26,237 nucleotides of DNA from Bacillota bacterium (GTDB taxonomy: Bacteria; Bacillota; Clostridia; Peptostreptococcales; Anaerovoracaceae): positions 1 through 26,237 of the forward strand of contig JAUNBO010000001.1 in the NCBI GenBank assembly GCA_030527065.1. The letters run 5' to 3'. The translations under genes and the position numbers were made by a program. Every line of letters begins with the position of its first letter. Position 1 is the stretch's first letter. This document shows positions 1-7,325 of the stretch, piece after piece. A model generated the notes under the pieces. The model was not told the origin of the DNA. It did not search any database and saw nothing but the letters and a program-made list of their open reading frames with translations.

Positions 1-51
1 AACAGCGGCCGGGAAAAGCCGCCGGAAGGAAACAGCGGCTGGGGAAAGGCC
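1..51 (+). repeat. Imperfect direct repeat with 30-nt period (AACAGCGGCCGGGAAAAGCC / AACAGCGGCTGGGGAAAGGCC)
   Basis: AACAGCGGC occurs at 1-9 and 31-39 with similar downstream bases. The period is a multiple of 3. Confidence 0.55.
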
Positions 52-58
52 TCTGTAA
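1..58 (+). CDS. Possible 3' end of an upstream gene (partial; ...TAAGKSRRKETAAGERPL*), perhaps the ATPase of the ABC module
   Basis: Frame 2 is open from the window edge to TAA at 56-58, shortly before the next start. No recognisable motif is present, so the identity is a guess from the downstream ABC permease, which has no ATPase in the window. Confidence 0.25.
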   Translation, partial: TAAGKSRRKETAAGERPL

Positions 59-75
59 AGAAACAGGGAAAGGAA

Positions 76-2169
76 TTGAAGGAAATGGGTATCGGGGTAT
101 TAAGAAAAGGGATGATGGTTTTGCTGGTTCTGGGGCTGCTCTTCGGCGGGCTCCCGTGGCCGGGGACAGGGGAGCCGGGCCCGGAAGTGTATGCTGCGGC
201 GCCGCCTCTGGAGATCACCAGGACAGGGGCTTCCTCCGCCACACAGCAGGAAGCGGACGTACCTCTGAGCTTCACCCTGAGGAACACGGGGAGCTCGGCT
301 TATACATACAGCGGCGTCAGCCTGGTGTTCGAGAACGATCAGGGCCTTACGGTCAGCGGCGGCAGCAGCGGCAGCGTTACCCTGGCTCAGGGAGAGGAGA
401 CCACGGTCCTCTTTTATGTGGACGTTTCCCGGAGCGCCGCCACAGGCTCCCGGTCCTATGCCCTGCATTTTACCACGGCATCAGGAACCGACGTCTCCAC
501 AAGGAATTTTTCCCTCACCATCTATGAGAACATCGCCACTCCCAGCCAGAACAGCGGCGCCTACATCGCTTCGGTGGACATCTCCCATCAGATATCGCCG
601 GAAGGGGGGCTGGTCCCGGGCAATGAGAACACCATCACCTTCCAGGTGTTCAACAAGGGCAACGTGATGATAAGAGACGCCCAGCTGGTCCTGACCATGC
701 CCGAGGGCCTCTCCGTCTATAACGAAAGCAACACCGTCTCCCTGGGGTATCTGGGGACCAGCAGCACCAGGAAGAGCGTTTCCGTGCCGGTGCAGGTGAA
801 CGACAGCGTGACCGCAGGTCTTTACGCCGTCACCGCCCAGGTGCAGGGCTTCAATTACAGGACCGGCGACGCCCTCAGCGAGGAAAAGACCTTCTATATT
901 CCCGTAGAGGGCAGCGGCGGGGTTTCCTCCAGAGACCTGGGCATAGAGAACGTCACGGCCCCGTCCACGGTGAACGGATCGGCGCCCTTCAACCTCAGCT
1001 TCAGCGTGGCCAACAAGGGCCAGACGGCGGCGAGGAACCTCCGGGTATCGGTGGAGCTGCCGGAGGGGATCCTCAACAGGACCCAGACCTCCTTTGTAGA
1101 GAGCAGCCTGGGGGCGGGGGAGAGCAGGAACTACTCCTTCACCCTTTTCGCCGCAGACAATATAGAGGAAAAGAACTACCCCCTGCGGCTGGTGGTGGAG
1201 TTTCTGGACGATGGGGAACAGACCCCTGTTTCTCAGTACGCGGGCGTTTACATCGCCCAGGAGCAGAGCAGCGGCGGCGACGTGAAAACGCCCCAGCTGA
1301 TGGTGTCCAATTACAGCTACGGCGGCAGCAGCGTCCAGGCGGGGACGGAGTTTTACCTGGGCCTGAACCTGCTGAACACCTCCGGCGCCACTCTTTCCAA
1401 CATCAAGGTGACGGTGTCGGCGGAGGCCGGAGCCATGGTCCCGGTGGACAGCAGCAACGCCTTTTTCATCCGCAGCATCGGCGGCGGCGGCGCCTATTCC
1501 GGCGGCCTGCGCCTCAGCGTGGACCCTCAGGCGGAGCAGAAGACCACCACCATTACGGTAAGCATGCGCTATGAGGACGGCGACGGCAACGAATACTCTT
1601 CAGAGGACATTATCTCTGTCCCCGTCACCCAGGAGACCCGCCTGGTGGTGGACGATGTGATGAGCCCCATGGAAAGCTATGTGGGAGAACAGGGATCGGC
1701 GGAAATCGCTTTCTATAATATGGGAAAGACCACTCTGAACAATCTGCGGATCAATGCGGAGGGGGAATTTGACGTCTGGAGCAGCAACAGCTATTATGTG
1801 GGGAATATGGAAAGCGGCAGAAGCGACAGCTACACCTTTACCTTTGTCCCCAGAGAAGCAGGCCCCTTCAACGGCGCCGTTACCTTCACCTATGAAGATT
1901 CCGCCGGGGCCCAGCAGTATCTGGAGGTCCCCTTCACCTTCCAGGCGGTGGAAATGCCCATATGGGACGAGGAGCCCATGCCGATAGAGGAGCCCGAGGG
2001 GGGCGTCCCCTGGAGCATCATCATCGGCGCGGCGGCAGTGCTGCTGGTGGGCGGCATCATTGCGGCCAGGAAGATCAGAAAGCGCAGGATGCACAAAGCG
2101 GTGGAAATGGAGGATGCGGAGCTGGAGATACCTGATGAAAACGGCGGCGAAAACGGCGAAGAAAAGTAA
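76..2169 (+). CDS. Large exported, C-terminally membrane-anchored protein with tandem Ig-like (CARDB/NEW3, COG1361-like) domains; ABC-transporter-associated
   Basis: N-terminal basic plus hydrophobic signal (RKGMMVLLVLGLLFGG). Repeated beta-rich modules (LSFTLRNTG, ITFQVFNKG, LSFSVANKG, IAFYNMG). C-terminal TM segment WSIIIGAAAVLLVGGIIAA followed by RKIRKRR and an acidic tail. Start uncertain (TTG 76 or ATG 85; frame is open to the window edge). Confidence 0.75.
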   Translation: MKEMGIGVLRKGMMVLLVLGLLFGGLPWPGTGEPGPEVYAAAPPLEITRTGASSATQQEADVPLSFTLRNTGSSAYTYSGVSLVFENDQGLTVSGGSSGSVTLAQGEETTVLFYVDVSRSAATGSRSYALHFTTASGTDVSTRNFSLTIYENIATPSQNSGAYIASVDISHQISPEGGLVPGNENTITFQVFNKGNVMIRDAQLVLTMPEGLSVYNESNTVSLGYLGTSSTRKSVSVPVQVNDSVTAGLYAVTAQVQGFNYRTGDALSEEKTFYIPVEGSGGVSSRDLGIENVTAPSTVNGSAPFNLSFSVANKGQTAARNLRVSVELPEGILNRTQTSFVESSLGAGESRNYSFTLFAADNIEEKNYPLRLVVEFLDDGEQTPVSQYAGVYIAQEQSSGGDVKTPQLMVSNYSYGGSSVQAGTEFYLGLNLLNTSGATLSNIKVTVSAEAGAMVPVDSSNAFFIRSIGGGGAYSGGLRLSVDPQAEQKTTTITVSMRYEDGDGNEYSSEDIISVPVTQETRLVVDDVMSPMESYVGEQGSAEIAFYNMGKTTLNNLRINAEGEFDVWSSNSYYVGNMESGRSDSYTFTFVPREAGPFNGAVTFTYEDSAGAQQYLEVPFTFQAVEMPIWDEEPMPIEEPEGGVPWSIIIGAAAVLLVGGIIAARKIRKRRMHKAVEMEDAELEIPDENGGENGEEK

Positions 2170-2181
2170 GGGGACAGGGAA

Positions 2182-3507
2182 ATGAACAGCAGAGATTTAG
2201 GGGAGCTTTGCCTGCGCAATCTGTTCAGGCGGCGGACCCGGACCCTTTTGGCCATCGTCGGCGTGGTGGTGGGGACCTGCGCCATAGTGGTGATGTTGTC
2301 CATCGGATTCGGGCTGACCCAGAGTTATCAGGAGCAGATAGAGAGCTACGGCAATCTCCACATGACCAACGTTTACAGCAACAGCTCCGGCGGCAATGTG
2401 GGAGAGGACACCCGGGGGGCCCTTACGGAGCAGGTGCTGGAGACCATAAAAACCATAGACGGCGTGGATGCGGTCACTCCGGTGATCAGCGAATATCTGA
2501 CGGTAGGCCACGGAAAAAAGGTGGCGTCGCTGGAGATCGTGGGCCTGGACGCCGACGTCCTGGAATTGTTCAATTACGACGTGGAGGACGGCGGACGGCT
2601 TCTGGAAAAGACGGACAAAATGGGCATCCTGTTCGGCAACCAGGTGGTCTACTGGTTCTATGACCCCAACAGCAACAGCTATTGGAGCGAGGAGCCGGAG
2701 GACGTGATGAGCGGCAAGCTCATCCTGACGGGAGACTGGGAATACGGCGTCCGCAATCCTTCCTCCGGCGGAGACGACATAGAGTATGAGGAATATGATG
2801 TGAAAGCCGTAGGCGTTCTCTCCAATCCCGACGACCAGTCCGCCTATTCCGCCTATATGAACATAGAGGACGTAGAGCAGATACAGAAAGACCTGCGGAA
2901 AGCCCGGAAGGAAAGCACCGTGCAGACGGCGGTGAAAAGCTACGAGAGGGCATGGGTCTATGTGGGCGACATCAATAAAGCTGCGGACGTGAGCAAGGTC
3001 CTGCGGGAGGACCTGGGCCTTCAGGCCTACAACGACGGAGACTGGCTGGAATCCGTCAAGGAGACCACCCGGATGATCCAGGGCATTTTAGGGGGCATCG
3101 GCGGCATTTCTCTGCTGGTGGCGGCTCTGGGCATCACCAATACCATGATCATGTCCATCTACGAGCGCACAAAAGAGATCGGCATCATGAAGGTCATCGG
3201 CGCCAACCTGCAGGACATCAAGCGGATGTTCCTGCTGGAAGCGGGGCTCATCGGCTTTCTGGGGGGCCTGGCGGGAGTGCTTCTGAGCCTGCTCCTTTCC
3301 CTGCTCATGAACACGGTGCTGAAGGACGTCATCGGCATGGCTCTGGGCAGCATTATGGGCGGCGGCGGCTCCAGCATCTCCGTCATCCCCTGGTGGCTCA
3401 TCCTGGTGGCCATCGCCTTCGCCACCGGCGTGGGCGTCGCCGCAGGGTATTACCCCGCCAGGCGGGCCATGAACCTCTCGGCCCTGGAAAGCCTGCGGAA
3501 CGAATAG
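2182..3507 (+). CDS. ABC transporter permease, MacB/FtsX family
   Basis: N-terminal RNLFRRRTRTLLAIVGVVVG TM segment, a large extracytoplasmic loop, then the family motif LGITNTMIMSIYERTKEIGIMKVIGA and C-terminal GYYPARRAMNLSALESLRNE. Confidence 0.92.
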   Translation: MNSRDLGELCLRNLFRRRTRTLLAIVGVVVGTCAIVVMLSIGFGLTQSYQEQIESYGNLHMTNVYSNSSGGNVGEDTRGALTEQVLETIKTIDGVDAVTPVISEYLTVGHGKKVASLEIVGLDADVLELFNYDVEDGGRLLEKTDKMGILFGNQVVYWFYDPNSNSYWSEEPEDVMSGKLILTGDWEYGVRNPSSGGDDIEYEEYDVKAVGVLSNPDDQSAYSAYMNIEDVEQIQKDLRKARKESTVQTAVKSYERAWVYVGDINKAADVSKVLREDLGLQAYNDGDWLESVKETTRMIQGILGGIGGISLLVAALGITNTMIMSIYERTKEIGIMKVIGANLQDIKRMFLLEAGLIGFLGGLAGVLLSLLLSLLMNTVLKDVIGMALGSIMGGGGSSISVIPWWLILVAIAFATGVGVAAGYYPARRAMNLSALESLRNE

Positions 3508-3553
3508 GGCGGGCCGCCGGTCAGGAAGGACAGACAGCAGGTAACTATTCATA

Positions 3554-3588
3554 GGGCGCCAGTCCGGCAAACCGCCCCCCTGGCGCCC
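3554..3588. other. Stem-loop between convergent genes (GGGCGCCAG...CTGGCGCCC)
   Basis: Perfect 9-bp arms at 3554-3562 and 3580-3588. No U-tract. Confidence 0.5.
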
Positions 3589-3607
3589 CGTGAAAAGTAA
3601 CGACAGC

Positions 3608-3640
3608 AGGAGGCTGCGGCAGGGTTTGCCGCAGCCTCCT
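3608..3640. terminator. Strong hairpin between convergent genes (possible bidirectional terminator or 3'-end stabiliser)
   Basis: Perfect 14-bp stem AGGAGGCTGCGGCA / TGCCGCAGCCTCCT with loop GGGTT. No adjacent U-tract on either strand, so termination is not certain. Confidence 0.55.
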
Positions 3641-3669
3641 TGGCAATGTTGACGTCAGAGAGAAGAGTG

Positions 3670-4929
3670 TTACCAGCCGCAGCAGTGGTTCCAGGCATGG
3701 GAGTTGCCGGCGCAGGGGTCCGGGCAGGGGCTACAGGCGCTGCCGCAGCCAGTGCCGCAGCCGCAGTTCCAGTTGCTGTTTCCCCCCCACTCCCAGCAGA
3801 AGTCCGCTTCGGAGCAGGTCCCGGCCACAGTGCCGCAGCCACAGCTCCCATTGCTGTTGTAAGAGCGGGCCGTCCCGCAGGCGCAGGGCGCAGCGTAAGG
3901 GTCCGGGCAGTTGTCGTCGGCTGCCGCTGCTGCCGCTTCCGGCTCGCAGGGGAGCAGTCCTTCGCAGGCGTCCAGGCAGAAGAGGCTCCTGCGGGAGACC
4001 TCCACATTGACCTGAGGCGTTACCGCCACCCGGGACCGGAGAGCCACGGTGTAGAAGAGGCCGCCGTCGTCACAGTCGCAGTCGGGACCGCCGGGACGGC
4101 GGGGCCTGCGGCAGGAGATATAGAGCTCGGGATTGATCAGCTCCACGCCGCCGCTGAACCGGAACACGACCGAAGGCGACAGTCCGTTGACGGCGCAGGG
4201 CAGGGACAGGTCCGGGATGGAGAAGGTGGAGGGGCACTGGGTGGGCAGACACATGACCGGGGCGTCGTCGCCGGGCTTGATAGTCAGTGTGAAACGGCAG
4301 CATCTGCCGCAGGTGCTGACGGTGCCCTCCAGCACGTATCTGATCTTGGCTTCCCAGGGACCGATCCGGTCCAGGAGCAAAAAGGCCTTGGTGGGAAGGC
4401 CGGCCTCGGTGCAGCGGTCCCTTTGCAGGTCGGAGACAAAGCTGCCCACGCCCACGGTGTACTGGCCGTTGGAATAGGTCACGGAGTCCGCCTCATAGCC
4501 GTCTATGGTCACCTGTCCGGCGGCGATGTTGCCCGGCGGGCGGGTCTCAATGTATTCTAAGACCCCGTAGGAGCTTTCAATGTTGAAAACGGCGTTGCGG
4601 TCCAGCTGGCAGCCGCCGTAGCCGCCGCAGCTGTTGCAGCCGCCGCAGTCCAGTTCGAAGTCCGCAGTAAATTGGCAGCCGCCGGAATTCCCTGTATCTA
4701 TCTGGAAGAGCAGGGGGCAGCTCTTTGCCTTATTGTATGAAAAAACCTTATCCAAATACACAAGATGGGGCTCCTGTGCCGTAAAAGTCACGTCCTCGGT
4801 GTTTACGCTGTGGCCGCACAGCTTGCCTAAGCAGGCGACCGGCGTCTCGCAGGGTCCGCAGTCTCCCCAGCAGCCCGGAAGGGCGCAGGGAGAGCAGGAA
4901 GGGACGCAGTGTTGCATATGCCGTCTCAT
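3670..4929 (-). CDS. Cysteine-rich protein (42 Cys in 419 aa), probable spore coat/exosporium structural protein
   Basis: Long ORF with SD GAGGT 9 nt before ATG. Cys/Gly/Pro-rich termini flank a beta-rich core. No signal peptide or TM segment. A sigmaK-like promoter lies upstream. The family assignment is inference. Confidence 0.7.
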   Translation of the reverse strand: MRRHMQHCVPSCSPCALPGCWGDCGPCETPVACLGKLCGHSVNTEDVTFTAQEPHLVYLDKVFSYNKAKSCPLLFQIDTGNSGGCQFTADFELDCGGCNSCGGYGGCQLDRNAVFNIESSYGVLEYIETRPPGNIAAGQVTIDGYEADSVTYSNGQYTVGVGSFVSDLQRDRCTEAGLPTKAFLLLDRIGPWEAKIRYVLEGTVSTCGRCCRFTLTIKPGDDAPVMCLPTQCPSTFSIPDLSLPCAVNGLSPSVVFRFSGGVELINPELYISCRRPRRPGGPDCDCDDGGLFYTVALRSRVAVTPQVNVEVSRRSLFCLDACEGLLPCEPEAAAAAADDNCPDPYAAPCACGTARSYNSNGSCGCGTVAGTCSEADFCWEWGGNSNWNCGCGTGCGSACSPCPDPCAGNSHAWNHCCGW

Positions 4930-4971
4930 GGGCTCATTACCTCGTTTCTGTTGATCTGTTGCCTGGCTTCG

Positions 4972-4991
4972 GGCCCCGGGGGGCCTTTTTT
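4972..4991 (+). terminator. Intrinsic-terminator-like hairpin on the + strand
   Basis: GGCCC-CGGG-GGGCC followed by six T (4986-4991). The stem is short and no annotated + strand gene lies directly upstream. Confidence 0.45.
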
Positions 4992-5063
4992 ATTGGAGCG
5001 GGCAGAATCCCGCCCGTCTGAAAGCCGCTTTCCACCGGCGGGATTTCCCCGGCGGTTTGTATC

Positions 5064-5091
5064 AAAATATGCGATGTTGAAAAAAAGGTGC
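5064..5091 (-). promoter_or_regulatory. sigmaK-like (mother-cell) promoter for the Cys-rich gene
   Basis: Minus strand reads GCAC-16 nt-CATATTTT, matching the AC-N16-CATAnnnT consensus of Bacillus/Clostridium sigmaK promoters. A near-identical architecture lies upstream of murA. Confidence 0.6.
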
Positions 5092-5229
5092 GCCTGGGGG
5101 CGCCTATATCTTGGGGGACAAGCCGGCCTCTACCACAAAATGGTGGGAAATGTGTAAAAATAGAGGCTTGTGCGGGATAAAAAGGGGAGAAAATGGGGAG
5201 GTATTTCCCATTTTTTTATTAAAAATCTA

Positions 5230-5258
5230 TTGATAACAAAGTAGAAGTGGAGTATAGT
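5230..5258 (+). promoter_or_regulatory. sigmaA promoter of mraZ/dcw operon
   Basis: TTGATA (5230-5235), 17 nt, TATAGT (5253-5258), preceded by an AT-rich UP-like tract. Confidence 0.8.
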
Positions 5259-5262
5259 GGAG
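5247..5262 (+). promoter_or_regulatory. MraZ-binding repeats
   Basis: GTGGAG-TATA-GTGGAG: two perfect 10-nt-period boxes of the Firmicute MraZ repeat type that flank and overlap the -10 element. Confidence 0.75.
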
Positions 5263-5291
5263 AGGAAAAATGAAACTCAGGAGCAGTCCCC

Positions 5292-5720
5292 ATGTTCATT
5301 GGAGAGTATCAAAACTCAATAGACGAAAAAGGCAGAATCATCGTTCCCACCAAGCTCAGGGAAGAACTGGGCTATCGCTTCGTCATGACCAAGGGACTGG
5401 ACCGCTGTATCACGGTTTATCCCATGAAAGAGTGGGAAAAACTGCAGGAAAAGCTCAGCACCCTCCCCGTGTCCAGCAAGGAAGCCAGGGCTTTCATCCG
5501 CTTCCTTACAGGGGGAGCCGCGGAATGCGAGATGGATAAGCAGGGGAGAGTGGTGGTGCCGCCCCATCTGCGGACCTATGCCGTTCTGGAAAAGGATGCG
5601 GTCACCGTGGGAGCCACCACCCGGGTGGAGGTCTGGAGCAGGGCCATGTGGGAGACCTATGCCGACACCGATATGAACGACGAAGCCATGGCGGAAAAAA
5701 TGGTGGAATACAACATCTGA
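5292..5720 (+). CDS. mraZ: Division/cell wall cluster transcriptional repressor MraZ
   Basis: [19 protein letters not shown] and [12 protein letters not shown] are the two SpoVT-AbrB repeats. SD AGGAG 8 nt upstream. First gene of the cluster. Confidence 0.97.
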   Translation: MFIGEYQNSIDEKGRIIVPTKLREELGYRFVMTKGLDRCITVYPMKEWEKLQEKLSTLPVSSKEARAFIRFLTGGAAECEMDKQGRVVVPPHLRTYAVLEKDAVTVGATTRVEVWSRAMWETYADTDMNDEAMAEKMVEYNI

Positions 5721-5823
5721 CGCAAAGGGGAGCGGGATGTTGTCTGCACGCCGGCGCCTGAAGGCGGAAGTACGGCCGGAAACAAAGGAAACAGAAAGCC
5801 GCAGGCAGAAACAGGGGGACCGG

Positions 5824-6774
5824 ATGGAATTCAAGCACACGTCGGTTTTGTTGGCGGAGGTAATAGAGAACCTGAGGATCTTTCCCGGCGGCGTCTATGT
5901 GGACGGTACGCTGGGAGGAGGCGGCCACGGAGCGGGGATCTGCAGAAGGCTGGATCAAAAGGGGTTACTAATTGGAATAGACAGGGACGGCGACGCTCTG
6001 AAAGCCGCCGCCGAAAGACTGAGGTTCTATGAGTGTGAAAAGCGCCTGATAAAAGGCGAGTATGCGGACATCAAGGAAATCCTGGAAAGGGAAGGGGTGG
6101 AGCGCATAGACGGCGCTCTCCTGGACCTGGGGGTCTCCTCCTTCCAGCTGGACAGTCCGGACCGGGGTTTTTCCTACATGCAGGACGGCCCTCTGGATAT
6201 GCGGATGGACGGGGAAGGGGACCTGACCGCCGCAGAGGTGGTGAACGGCTACAGCGAAGAGGCTCTGGCCGGGGTGATAAGAAATTTCGGAGAGGAGCGC
6301 TGGGCCTCCCGGATCAGCAGATTCATAGCGGAAGAGCGGAAGCGGGAGCCCATCCTCACCACGGGCCGGCTGGTGGATATCATAAAAGCGGCCATACCCG
6401 CCTCCGCCAGGAGAGAAGGCCCCCACCCGGCCAAGCGGACCTTCCAGGCCCTGCGCATAGAGGTCAACGACGAGCTTGGGCAGCTGGAACGGGCCCTGGA
6501 CGATTTCATGGACGTTCTCGCCCCCGGAGGCAGGCTGTGTGTCATCACCTTCCACTCTCTGGAGGACCGGATCGTCAAGGAAAAATTCCAGCGGAGGCTG
6601 GACCCCTGCGATTGTCCCAAAGACCTGCCGGTCTGCGTCTGCGGCAAGGCGGCGGACGTGAGGAAGGTGACGGGAAAGCCCATCCTTCCGACAGAGACAG
6701 AAACAGAAGAGAATCCCAGAGCCCGGAGCGCCAAGCTGCGGGTGATAGAAAAAAAGGCAAGCGAGGAAGAGTAA
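5824..6774 (+). CDS. rsmH: 16S rRNA (cytosine1402-N4)-methyltransferase RsmH (MraW)
   Basis: [76 protein letters not shown]. Homology begins at ATG 5824; an in-frame ATG at 5737 is an alternative start. Confidence 0.97.
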   Translation: MEFKHTSVLLAEVIENLRIFPGGVYVDGTLGGGGHGAGICRRLDQKGLLIGIDRDGDALKAAAERLRFYECEKRLIKGEYADIKEILEREGVERIDGALLDLGVSSFQLDSPDRGFSYMQDGPLDMRMDGEGDLTAAEVVNGYSEEALAGVIRNFGEERWASRISRFIAEERKREPILTTGRLVDIIKAAIPASARREGPHPAKRTFQALRIEVNDELGQLERALDDFMDVLAPGGRLCVITFHSLEDRIVKEKFQRRLDPCDCPKDLPVCVCGKAADVRKVTGKPILPTETETEENPRARSAKLRVIEKKASEEE

Positions 6775-6777
6775 GGC

Positions 6778-7212
6778 ATGATAGCGGCAGAGCAGTGGTA
6801 TGAATACCAGACCAGTTACCAGAAATATGGCATAGATATGAAGCCTGCGGAGCGGCGGGTGCGGAGCGCAGCTCCGGCCAGGCCGGCGGTCAGGGGCAGA
6901 GACAAGGGGACAGCCATGCTGCTCCTGCTTTTGGTTGGCCTGGTCTGTGTCGCCCTCATCATCATCACCGCCTATTCTGCCAGCATCACTTACAGCATCA
7001 ACCAGATGCTTGCGGAGGAAGAGCAGATCCAGAACGAGATCGCCAATCTGACGGTGGAGCTGAAAACGGCCACCAACATAGAGACCATAGAGGAAAGAGC
7101 TCTGAACGAGCTGGGAATGACCTATGCGGAGATCCATGAGATCGCCTATGTAGGGGGAGAGGACATAAAGGATTTCAGCGTGGCGCTGAAAGCCCGTGCA
7201 TATAATGAGTAG
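6778..7212 (+). CDS. ftsL: Cell division protein FtsL-like (bitopic, coiled coil)
   Basis: Located between rsmH and the class B PBP. Cytoplasmic N-terminus, one TM segment, heptad coiled coil and C-terminal IEERALNELGM. Confidence 0.8.
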   Translation: MIAAEQWYEYQTSYQKYGIDMKPAERRVRSAAPARPAVRGRDKGTAMLLLLLVGLVCVALIIITAYSASITYSINQMLAEEEQIQNEIANLTVELKTATNIETIEERALNELGMTYAEIHEIAYVGGEDIKDFSVALKARAYNE

Positions 7213-7217
7213 CGGGC

Positions 7218-7226
7218 TGATATAAT
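7218..7226 (+). promoter_or_regulatory. Extended -10 sigmaA-type element upstream of the PBP gene
   Basis: TG-A-TATAAT is a perfect TGn-TATAAT. No convincing -35. Confidence 0.55.
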
Positions 7227-7237
7227 ATTTCAGGGGG

Positions 7238-7290
7238 GCGAGGGAATACGCAAGGCGGCGCAGAGAAGGCGCCGATACTGCGTATTTCGC
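7238..7290 (+). other. Extended stem-loop in the ftsL-PBP intergenic region
   Basis: GCGA/TCGC, AATACGCA/TGCGTATT (7245-7252/7279-7286) and CGGCGC/GCGCCG (7256-7261/7269-7274) are nested pairings. Confidence 0.6.
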
Positions 7291-7325
7291 ATATACGGAA
7301 CCCTCTTGCAGAACAGGAGAAAGGG

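Noticed and set aside
3640-4560. 306-aa plus-strand Ala/Gly/Val-rich ORF
   Set aside because: In codon register with the Cys-rich minus-strand gene. The minus ORF is longer and has an SD and a promoter candidate.
5006-5062. Resemblance to a c-di-GMP-I riboswitch (CAAACC...GAAA...AAAGC on the minus strand); also GGCAAACC at 3566
   Set aside because: The conserved GGCAAA and GACGCAAAGC elements and the second stem are not matched together. An Infernal RF01051 search would settle it.
5075-5081. TGTTGAA as a Spo0A box
   Set aside because: A single copy with a mismatch to TGNCGAA is too weak to call.
7199-7206. CATATAAT as a sigmaE/sigmaK -10
   Set aside because: No ATA or AC -35 element at the 16-nt spacing, and it lies in the ftsL coding end.
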